Below are positions 11,632 to 20,251 of a stretch of 64,000 nt of DNA, piece after piece; the first letter of the stretch is position 1; each line of letters opens with the position of its first letter. The notes under the pieces were generated by a model, which was given only the letters and a program-made list of their open reading frames with translations, had not been told where the DNA came from and searched no databases. A program made the position numbers and the translations under genes. This DNA comes from Promethearchaeota archaeon (GTDB lineage Archaea; Asgardarchaeota; Lokiarchaeia; Sigyniarchaeales; SOKP01): contig JAEOUA010000012.1 in assembly GCA_016839555.1 (NCBI GenBank), positions 192,001 to 256,000 on the forward strand. The letters are read 5' to 3'.

Positions 11632-11691
11632 GAATGACTCTTATAAGTAAATGGTTGTTATAAGATGACAATCCTTGCGTGGATATTTGGT
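11623..11691 (+). promoter_or_regulatory. Eukaryote-like SECIS element 1
   Basis: AUGAC core, 8-bp stem UCUUAUAA/UUAUAAGA, 11-nt loop containing AAA, then UGAC; directly after a Sec operon; same geometry as the element at 60527. Confidence 0.88.
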
Positions 11692-11770
11692 TAAAGTTTT
11701 AAGAATTAAGGAAAAGAATTAATATAAAATATATATATTTGAAGTATAAAAAAATAAAAAATCATATAAA

Positions 11771-13087
11771 ATGTTTTTTGGAAAATCTCCTAAAGAAAAA
11801 GCAGAAAACGATTTCAATAAAGCAGAACACCTTTTTGAAGCCCTCCAATATAAAAAAGCGGGAAAATATTATGAATCTGCGGGAGATACTTTTTATGAAA
11901 TAAAAGATTTTAGCTCTGCAGAGTTATCTTTTTTAAATGCAGCGAAGTCCTATATAAAAGAAGAACGACACATTAATGTGTTAAATTCACTAAGAAAAGC
12001 CAGTAATTGTTCTCTTCAATTGAATAATTACGCCTATTCTCAAAAAGTGTTTGAAAAGGCTCTAATATATACTAAAAAATTAAGTAAAGGGAAAGAAAAG
12101 CATAGTTTTTATATTATTTTTTCTGTTTTGTATTACTTATGCGCATTAATAAAAGGAGAACCAGAAAAAGGGGTAAATTTAATAAAAAAAATTCAAAAGA
12201 GAATTAATAAGGATTATTTTAAGGTTCATAGCTTAATCCATTTTATAACCAATTTAACGATTGCGATTAGGGATAAAAATGAATCGTATTTAGAAAAAAT
12301 AATAAATGATTTTAATGAAATAGAATTGAATCAAGTAGAGAGAGAATTAGCCCAGATTGCAATTTTATTAGTTTATATGCAAGTTTCTATATCGCCAGAG
12401 GTGGTACTAGACCAAGAGCAATGGACTATCAAAGATTTAATTGGATTACGCATTAAAGTAGATGAAACTTCCTTTAACTCAATTAAACAAAATTTGTTTT
12501 TTGAATTTCAAATTAAAGAATTTAAGATTTTAAAAGTGTCTATAGGTCATTCTGATAATCTTACAATAAAAAATAAACCTGAATTTCCATTAGATATCTC
12601 ACTTCAAAAAGGGTTTGATATGGATTTTGAATTAAAGCCTCAATTTCAAAAGGATATTTCATTCATAGGCCCTATCAAAATACAATATGAGATTAATGGC
12701 AAATATATAGGATATTTTGAAAATAGAAATGAATTTAATTTAACACTCTTATCCCCTCCCACTCATTTAGATGTCTCTATAAAAAATTTAAAACCACCAC
12801 TCATTGATAAAACTTTTCCGCTTGAAATTCTTATTGAAAATCATAGTGATAGCGAAGCACGTAATTTAGAAATTACCCTAACGCTACCGGAACCTCTCAA
12901 GTTGATGAGAGGCACTCTGGAAAAACAAATCTATTCTCTTGGAACTAATGAAAGTATTAACTGGAAAATCAGTGCAAAACCAATTGAGGCCGGAGATTTT
13001 GAAATTATTGGAGATATAAAATATAGTGACCCGGATCAAAATATTCTTAAGGAGCGAAAAATTTTTCCAATTTCAATTAAAATGTAA
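11771..13087 (+). CDS. Hypothetical protein: N-terminal TPR/SNAP-like helical repeats and C-terminal Ig-like (CARDB/DUF11-like) domains
   Basis: KAGKYYESAG and SFLNAAKSY repeats; beta-rich C-terminus (LEILIENHSDSEARNLEITLTLP). Confidence 0.55.
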   Translation: MFFGKSPKEKAENDFNKAEHLFEALQYKKAGKYYESAGDTFYEIKDFSSAELSFLNAAKSYIKEERHINVLNSLRKASNCSLQLNNYAYSQKVFEKALIYTKKLSKGKEKHSFYIIFSVLYYLCALIKGEPEKGVNLIKKIQKRINKDYFKVHSLIHFITNLTIAIRDKNESYLEKIINDFNEIELNQVERELAQIAILLVYMQVSISPEVVLDQEQWTIKDLIGLRIKVDETSFNSIKQNLFFEFQIKEFKILKVSIGHSDNLTIKNKPEFPLDISLQKGFDMDFELKPQFQKDISFIGPIKIQYEINGKYIGYFENRNEFNLTLLSPPTHLDVSIKNLKPPLIDKTFPLEILIENHSDSEARNLEITLTLPEPLKLMRGTLEKQIYSLGTNESINWKISAKPIEAGDFEIIGDIKYSDPDQNILKERKIFPISIKM

Positions 13088-13150
13088 CTTTCTTAAGTTT
13101 CCTTTTATATTTATATAATAATCCTAAAAAACCTATAGGAAGAAATAATT

Positions 13151-14720
13151 ATGAGATTAAAAGTAAAAAAAATTAATTTTGAAACAGGCCACATGAAAGA
13201 TGTAGTTTTAAATTATCTAGATGCTGCTAAACTGGATAAAAAAGCTGGCGAACGAGTCATAATCAAAAATGTTGAATCAAAAAATTTGGATGAGAAATAT
13301 TGGGTTGCAATTATTCAAATATCACATTCTGATAATATAGTTGCACCTGGAGAATTAGGTGTTTTCGTAGATACATTAAATGATATAAAAAATCTCAGAG
13401 CTGAAAGTGAAGTTTCCGTAAAACCTGCAAACCCTCCAGATTCATATCAATATATTAAAGAAAAAATAGCTGGGAAAAAATTAAGGACTGAAGATATCAA
13501 CGATATTGTTAACGATGCAGTCTCTGGGCTTCTTTCACGAATCGAATTATCCTCTTTTATCACTAGTGTATCCATTCATGGTATGAGCAATAGAGAAATG
13601 AAGGCCTTAACCCTTGCTGAAGCAAAAAGTGGGGAGGCATTCGATTTTGGTCCGAATGTCTATGATAAGCATAGTACATAAATTTACATATCAGTAAATT
13701 TAGCTAAAAGGAGGCGTCCCGGGTAATAAGGTCTCATTAATTATCGTTCCTATTATTGCAGCAGAAGGATTAACCATTCCCAAAACGAGCACGAGAGCCA
13801 TTACTTCCCCTTCAGGTACAGCAGACTCGATGGAAGTTTTAGCTCCAATTGAATTTAACTCGGAAGAAGTAAAAAGAATCATTTCAGAAATAGGAGCTTG
13901 TATTATTTGGGGGGGTGCATTAGATATTGCTCCAGCTGATAATGTGTTAATTGAAGTAGAGAGACCTTTACATTTAGATCCATGGGGACTGATGATTCCA
14001 TCAATATTGGCAAAGAAAAAATCGATGGGGGTGAAGCAATTGGTATTGGACATCCCTGTGGGAGGCGGAACTAAATTCAGCACTCCTGATGATGGAAAGA
14101 AATTTGCTCATATATTTAAACAAATAGCAAGTAGTGTAGGAATTGAATCAGAATGCGCACTTACTTTAGCTCATCAACCCATAGGGCATAATATTGGACC
14201 TGCCTTAGAGGCGAAAGAAGCGTTAACTCTATTACGAGATTATTCTGCTGGTCCAAATTCCCTTATTGAAAAATCTACTTCATTAGCGGGAATAATTTTT
14301 GAAATGGCAGGAAAAGCATCTAAAGGAGAAGGTCAGAAATTGGCTAAGGATATATTGAAATCAGGCAAAGCCTATCAAAAAATGCAAAAAATTATCGAAA
14401 TTCAAGGTGGCAATCCGGATATTACTCCAGAAGAAATAAATTTAGGTCCCTATAAAAAGGACTTTTATTCAACTAAATCAGGATTTATTACTGAGGTTGA
14501 TAATGCGATAATTAATCAAATTTCAAAAACAGCAGGATGTCCTTTTTCTAAAACCTCTGGTGTAATTGTTTATAAGAAGCAAGGGGCAAAAATCGAAGAG
14601 GGTCAAAAAATTCTTACTGTATATTCTAACAGCAAAACTAAACTCAGAAGAGCAATGAAGTTTTATAATATTAGTGGAGGCCCAGTAATTCTAGGGGGTA
14701 TGTTGATTGAGAGAATATAA
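13151..14720 (+). CDS. deoA: AMP phosphorylase (thymidine phosphorylase family), two exons 13151-13677 and 13709-14720, 512 aa spliced
   Basis: Joined product reads DKHST-GGVPGNKVSLIIVPI...IPKTSTRAITSPSGTADSME...WGGALDIAPAD...SILAKKK. Confidence 0.9.
13678..13708 (+). other. Candidate 31-nt bulge-helix-bulge mRNA intron
   Basis: Central helix UAGU/GCUA, 3-nt bulges ACA and AAA, 9-bp stem UAAAUUUAC/GUAAAUUUA; removal restores the frame and the conserved motif. Confidence 0.82.
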
Positions 14721-14875
14721 ATTCTAATAAGTCTACTCCTCGAATCCTAAGATATACTTTGAGTATCCCTTTAACTTTTATTAAAAAAGTTATTACTCAA
14801 GAAAAAATTAAATAGAAATGGAGATATTTGTATAAAACTTATAAAGGATAAAGAGAAAAAATATAAAATTTATAA

Positions 14876-14890
14876 TTTTTTTTTTTTTTT
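14876..14890 (+). terminator. Oligo-T tract, possible terminator after the AMP phosphorylase gene
   Basis: T15 run in the intergenic region. Confidence 0.35.
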
Positions 14891-14957
14891 ACCACTTAAG
14901 TAATATTAAAAAAACTACGATTTTTAACCATTTAAAGAAATATATATAAAACCAAGA

Positions 14958-16463
14958 ATGAACAAAATAGAAGAATTACCAAATAATATAATTGAAAGGT
15001 ATAATTCTAAGAAAATCGATAAAACCTCTACTTTCCAACAACTTATCGCTATTATAGAAAATAGCAATAATATAACTCATCGAATAGAAAGTATTAAATA
15101 TCTAATGAGGCTTGGAATCAAAAAAGAGGCATTTTTCGAATTACTAGAAAATTTATTAATTTCAGATTCTAATCCCAAAATTAGGACCATCGCTGTAAAA
15201 ATTATTAAAAATAATTTTATAGATAAAGCTTTCGAGCTCATGAATTGGGCGTATAATCATGAAGCCTCAATCGAATGTGTCTTAAATATTATTTCAACAA
15301 TGGGAGAAATAGATACCTATGAGGCAAAAAAATTTTTAATTGATAAATTAAGAAATATCAAGTCTGATAAATATAAGTCCCATTTAAAAAATATTTTTGA
15401 AGATAATAAAATAAATGATTATTCAACACACCAATTAGCAAATATCTTAAATAATTATCATGTAATAAAGTTTTTAGAGAAAAAATTTAAGAAAATTAAT
15501 TATAATCTTAAATTAGGGGTTGTTAAAACATTAGATTTATCAAATGCAAGTAATTACCATGTATTTGAATGGAACATTTTAAATAAATTACCAGATGTTA
15601 TTTGTACTTTAAATTTTTTGAATAAATTAGATATGAAATTCAATAGAATAAAGATTGTTTCAAATGCTATCAAAAATCTTCAATATTTAAAATATTTAGA
15701 TTTAAGTTATAACAAAATTAAAAACCTTCCGAATTCAATAGGGCAACTTCATTCTTTGACCTATTTAAATTTAAAGCATAATAATTTGACGAATATTCCC
15801 GACATGATTGGGGATTTAACAAATCTCAATATTTTAGATTTGCGTGCTAATAATTTAAAATTTCTTCCCAAATCGCTTAATAAATTAATAAAATTAGAAG
15901 AATTAATATTACATGGAAATAAACTTGATGATTTAGCTTTATCTTTTCATAATTCTTCATTAAAAATCTTAGAGTTAGGATTAAATAATTTAAAATATAT
16001 ACCAGATGGGTTAAAATATTTAACATCATTAAAAAGATTGGGATTAGGATCTAATAAGATTGTTGAAATCCCCTTTTGGATTGAAAATCTAATTTCTTTA
16101 GAAGAACTACATCTATATAATAATAATATAAGTAAATTACCATCTTCTATTGGAAATTTATCTAATTTAAAAGAACTAACCTTATGGAATAATAATTTAC
16201 GCACATTACCCCCAACATTTAAATCATTAACAAATTTAAAAAGGCTTAATTTAAGTTGGAATAAATTTGAGTCGATCCCAGATGTTCTCCCAAATTCTTT
16301 AGAAATATTAAGCTTATGGGGAAATAATCTGAAGGTTATCGATGAATCTACTAAAAACTTAAAAAATTTAAGAATATTAGATTTAAATTTTAATAAAAAT
16401 TTGGAAATAACTGAAAAAATTAGAAAAAAATTAGAAAAAGACGGATTAACGATATATAAATAA
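14958..16463 (+). CDS. HEAT-like N-terminus plus leucine-rich repeat protein
   Basis: LENLLISDSNPKIR HEAT-like segment; about 13 LxxLxLxxNxLxxLP repeats. Confidence 0.9.
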   Translation: MNKIEELPNNIIERYNSKKIDKTSTFQQLIAIIENSNNITHRIESIKYLMRLGIKKEAFFELLENLLISDSNPKIRTIAVKIIKNNFIDKAFELMNWAYNHEASIECVLNIISTMGEIDTYEAKKFLIDKLRNIKSDKYKSHLKNIFEDNKINDYSTHQLANILNNYHVIKFLEKKFKKINYNLKLGVVKTLDLSNASNYHVFEWNILNKLPDVICTLNFLNKLDMKFNRIKIVSNAIKNLQYLKYLDLSYNKIKNLPNSIGQLHSLTYLNLKHNNLTNIPDMIGDLTNLNILDLRANNLKFLPKSLNKLIKLEELILHGNKLDDLALSFHNSSLKILELGLNNLKYIPDGLKYLTSLKRLGLGSNKIVEIPFWIENLISLEELHLYNNNISKLPSSIGNLSNLKELTLWNNNLRTLPPTFKSLTNLKRLNLSWNKFESIPDVLPNSLEILSLWGNNLKVIDESTKNLKNLRILDLNFNKNLEITEKIRKKLEKDGLTIYK

Positions 16464-16478
16464 TTAAATAAAAGCGAT

Positions 16479-17837
16479 ATGAAACTAACACCTAAACAGA
16501 TTTTTACAGAGTTAATGGATAAGTCTATTAATAAGCCAACAGGGATAGAAAAATTAATCTCTATTGTCGAAAAAAGTAATGATCATGACGAGCGAATGGA
16601 GGCGCTTAATATTTTTAAGATTTTACATTTTAATGACAATGGTGTTTTTAATCTATTAGAAAATCTTTTAATTTCAGATTCTAGTGAAAAAATTAGAAAA
16701 ATCTCAGCCGAAATAATAAGAGATGATTTTCTAGACCTTTCTTACATACCTATGGAATGGACACTTAAACATGAACCCTCTCCTCAATGTTTAAAAGTAA
16801 TTTATGACACTCTAATTCTTGCTTTAAAAAAATTAGAGAATCAAGAAAACATATTTTCTAAAAAGGTATTAATTTCCTTAATAAATAAAATAGAAAAAAA
16901 AGATTTTTTAGTAGATTTAACGATATTAAAAAAACAAAAAATATTAAGTAAACTTGCTAATAAGGAATTAATTGAGATTCTAATCAATTATTATACTATT
17001 ATATATTTCGAAAAGGTATATTGGCGTATAAGATATGATATAGAAAATTTTCGAATTACTAAATTAAATTTTATTTTCAAAGGATTAATAAATCTCCCAG
17101 TAGAACTTCAGAACCTCCATTCCTTAAAATCACTCGTTTTTCGATATAATCAAATATCCTCTATTCCAGATTGGATTGGATCTTTAAAATCTCTGGAAGT
17201 ATTAAATTTTAATGTAAATGAAATCGATAAGCTCCCAGCATCAATAAGACATTTACAATCCTTAAAAGAATTATATTTATGGAAAAATAATCTTGAAGAA
17301 CTTCCCAATACTATAGGTTCTTTAAAATCATTACAAATTTTAAATTTAAGATTAAATTTTTTAAGTACATTACCATCAACAATTAAGTATTTAAAATCTT
17401 TGAGAAATTTAAACCTTCATGATAATAGATTGATCTTATTACCTGATTCAATAGGTGAATTAATAAATTTAAGAAAAATTAATTTAAGTTGGAATAAGCT
17501 TAAGGCAATTCCTCCTTCAATTGGGAGATTACGATTCCTAAAAACTCTTGATATAGGGAGAAATGAATTAAAAAATTTACCTAATTCTCTTGGAAATCTC
17601 CAATCATTAGAAATTCTTAATTTAAGTGAGAATAAATTAACCTCTTTGCCTAACAAAATAAAAAATTTGAAAAATTTGAAGCAATTAAATATATTTAGAA
17701 ATAAATTAACTGAATTACCAGAAGAAATAGAAAATTTAACGAATTTAGAAGAGCTTTATATAGGAGAGAATTATATAGATAATTTTTCAAAACTATTAAA
17801 AGTTTTAGAATCAAGGGGTGTTAAAATCTTTTTTTAA
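16479..17837 (+). CDS. HEAT-like N-terminus plus leucine-rich repeat protein (tandem paralog)
   Basis: LENLLISDSSEKIR; about 10 23-aa LRRs. Confidence 0.9.
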   Translation: MKLTPKQIFTELMDKSINKPTGIEKLISIVEKSNDHDERMEALNIFKILHFNDNGVFNLLENLLISDSSEKIRKISAEIIRDDFLDLSYIPMEWTLKHEPSPQCLKVIYDTLILALKKLENQENIFSKKVLISLINKIEKKDFLVDLTILKKQKILSKLANKELIEILINYYTIIYFEKVYWRIRYDIENFRITKLNFIFKGLINLPVELQNLHSLKSLVFRYNQISSIPDWIGSLKSLEVLNFNVNEIDKLPASIRHLQSLKELYLWKNNLEELPNTIGSLKSLQILNLRLNFLSTLPSTIKYLKSLRNLNLHDNRLILLPDSIGELINLRKINLSWNKLKAIPPSIGRLRFLKTLDIGRNELKNLPNSLGNLQSLEILNLSENKLTSLPNKIKNLKNLKQLNIFRNKLTELPEEIENLTNLEELYIGENYIDNFSKLLKVLESRGVKIFF

Positions 17838-17902
17838 AAGGTTAAAATTTAAATAAAATCGGAATAATTTTTTAACTATCCTTAAAAATTAATAAAAATC
17901 AT

Positions 17903-18343
17903 GTGATTTTTATGAGAAAAGTAGCGGGCAAAATTAAAGCTTTTATATGTTGCCTTTTAGCTGGGCTGATTTATCTTTATGTAGCCATTGAAAGCGTAAC
18001 TGGTCTTGGAGTCACTATTTTAGAATATATTCAAGAATTTTTCCCGGATTTATTGCCAATTGAACCGATTTTAAGCATTTTACTCCAAATATCCAACTGG
18101 GTTGGTATTATCGCTATAGTATGCGGGTTTTTATTCCTCGCAGGGCAAAGGAAAGCAGCTAATATTATCTTAATAATTACCATGTCTTCTGGTATTTTCG
18201 GATTTCTATTGCCTGTGATATTAGCGATTCCAGAGGGATTAGGGGCACTTGAGATTGCAATTAATGGTATCGCAACGAAATATGCTGTCCCAGTTCTATT
18301 CTTAGCTCTCGCCAGGGCTTATGCTAAAGAAGCAGAAACTTAA
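17903..18343 (+). CDS. Hypothetical membrane protein
   Basis: About 4 TM segments; start may be ATG 17912. Confidence 0.7.
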   Translation: MIFMRKVAGKIKAFICCLLAGLIYLYVAIESVTGLGVTILEYIQEFFPDLLPIEPILSILLQISNWVGIIAIVCGFLFLAGQRKAANIILIITMSSGIFGFLLPVILAIPEGLGALEIAINGIATKYAVPVLFLALARAYAKEAET

Positions 18344-18404
18344 AATAATTTTGTTTAATATCTTTTTTTTTCTTTTTATATTTATAAAAAAAAACTTTTT
18401 AGTA

Positions 18405-20168
18405 TTATTGTGTTTTATATAATTGAATAATTTCTTCTACAGTAGTTATATCTCTAATTCCTTTATCTGGTCGGAATCGCTGAAATACGGGAAACCTCAT
18501 GCTATAACCCAGCGTGGAAAATTTCTCACTTATTGTAATCTCATCACCAATAATTTCAATTATTATCTCAGGTATAAGCCAGATATCGGGTTTATCTTCA
18601 CATATTACATTTTGAGGCTTAGTAGATTGTTCATAAGGTTTAACTTTCTCCATTAAATCTTCCATAATTGAATCTGTCCATCCAGAGGCAATCCGTGTAA
18701 AAGCGATGAATTGATCATTTTCTTGATTATATACTGCCCCTAAATAGGTTCCATACACTCCACTTCTTCGTCCTCTTCCATAAAACGCCCCAATGAGAAC
18801 TACATCGACCGTATCTTTTAATTTTCCTCCTTCCAATCCCTTTAATTTTATCCATAAAAAGCCTCTATTTCCTGCTTTATAGATAGAATTCTTTTGAATA
18901 GATTTTGCAATAATTCCTTCAGTTCCATCTTCTCTAGCCTGATAGAAAAAGTCTAGTAATTCTTCGGTGGTCTGTATCAATTTTGATTGGACTAACTTTA
19001 ATTCATCTCGTTGATTTACAATTTTTTCTAATTTTTCCCTTCGTTTTGGAAATGTTTTTTCGATATATTGCTCATCTTGTAACATTAATAGATCAAAAAG
19101 AAAAAGACATACTGGGATCTCTTCGATGGTCTCTTCCACATCATATTTCCTCCTCCTTTTACTTAATACTTGAAAAGGCAGCATTTTCTCATAGAATGGA
19201 TCCATCGCAACAACTTCACCTTCTAAGATTGCATTCTCTGCATCGATATTCTCTCTTATGACCTGACATACATCTGGATATTGTTCAGACACCTCCAGTA
19301 ATCTCCTCGAAAAAAGAATAACTTCCTCACCTTTTTTATGGATTTGGAGCCTTTCACCATCTAATTTATACTCTGCCATGAATGGACTTTCCAATCGTGT
19401 GATAATTTCTGTATATGGAACACGAGAAGCTAACATCATTCTTATAGGAATGCCATATGATATTTTTATTTTCTTTACCTCCTCTAATCCTTTTTCTGCC
19501 AAAATTTTGGTAATATCGCCTAAATCAGGATGCAAATTATATGCATATTCGATGATATCTCTGTTTTTTTCTTTAACTCCGGTAAAGCCTAATGCGAGAC
19601 CATCTATTATTGTCTGTGTGGAGACTCCAACCCGCAATGTGGATGTTATGATTCGTAATAGATATTTTGTTTCTAAAGGGGTGATTTTACTGATTAATCC
19701 CCTTAAGATCCCCAATTTTAGGTCATGTGAGCCGCTTCCTTCAGTTTTGGCAATTTTTTCCAACTCAGAATAAAGTTCTAATATTTCTATCGAAATTTGA
19801 CCGCCTTCTTTAGTTGTATTAAAATCAAGTAATGATTTTTGTTTTTTCCTTTTTTCAAGTATGATCTCTGCCGTGCTCCCGATATCCCCTTTTTTAACTA
19901 AAATGTCTTTGATATTTTTTTTATTTATTCCAGAGTGAAGTGAAAGCGCCTCGATAATCATTTTCTCAGCAATCCCCATCTTTGGAAAATCAGCTTTAAT
20001 ATTTGAGGCCAATTGTCCCTGCAAAAGATGCATTATTTTACCTAAATCTTCAAAATTATGACTTTCCTTAATTTTATTGAAGAAATCCGAAAGTAAATCA
20101 ATCATTTCCAAACGTTTGGGCGTGCTTTCCAAATCAGATAGCAATTTAGCTAATTTATTGAATTTCAT
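18405..20168 (-). CDS. lig: ATP-dependent DNA ligase
   Basis: EYKLDGERLQIH adenylation motif, LEGEVV, EGIIAK, WIKLK, RFPVFQRFRPDK. Confidence 0.97.
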   Translation of the reverse strand: MKFNKLAKLLSDLESTPKRLEMIDLLSDFFNKIKESHNFEDLGKIMHLLQGQLASNIKADFPKMGIAEKMIIEALSLHSGINKKNIKDILVKKGDIGSTAEIILEKRKKQKSLLDFNTTKEGGQISIEILELYSELEKIAKTEGSGSHDLKLGILRGLISKITPLETKYLLRIITSTLRVGVSTQTIIDGLALGFTGVKEKNRDIIEYAYNLHPDLGDITKILAEKGLEEVKKIKISYGIPIRMMLASRVPYTEIITRLESPFMAEYKLDGERLQIHKKGEEVILFSRRLLEVSEQYPDVCQVIRENIDAENAILEGEVVAMDPFYEKMLPFQVLSKRRRKYDVEETIEEIPVCLFLFDLLMLQDEQYIEKTFPKRREKLEKIVNQRDELKLVQSKLIQTTEELLDFFYQAREDGTEGIIAKSIQKNSIYKAGNRGFLWIKLKGLEGGKLKDTVDVVLIGAFYGRGRRSGVYGTYLGAVYNQENDQFIAFTRIASGWTDSIMEDLMEKVKPYEQSTKPQNVICEDKPDIWLIPEIIIEIIGDEITISEKFSTLGYSMRFPVFQRFRPDKGIRDITTVEEIIQLYKTQ

Positions 20169-20251
20169 AGATATATTATTAAATATGTTATATAAAAAAT
20201 CTATTTATATTCAATTTCAATTAATAAGAAATAAAGAAAAAATAAAAAAAT

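Noticed and set aside
13151-14720. AMP phosphorylase as a pseudogene, programmed frameshift or two-gene split
   Set aside because: The interruption is a clean 31-nt insert with BHB geometry whose rule-based removal restores the motif exactly. There is no slippery site or other lesion, and ATG 13830 would omit catalytic residues.
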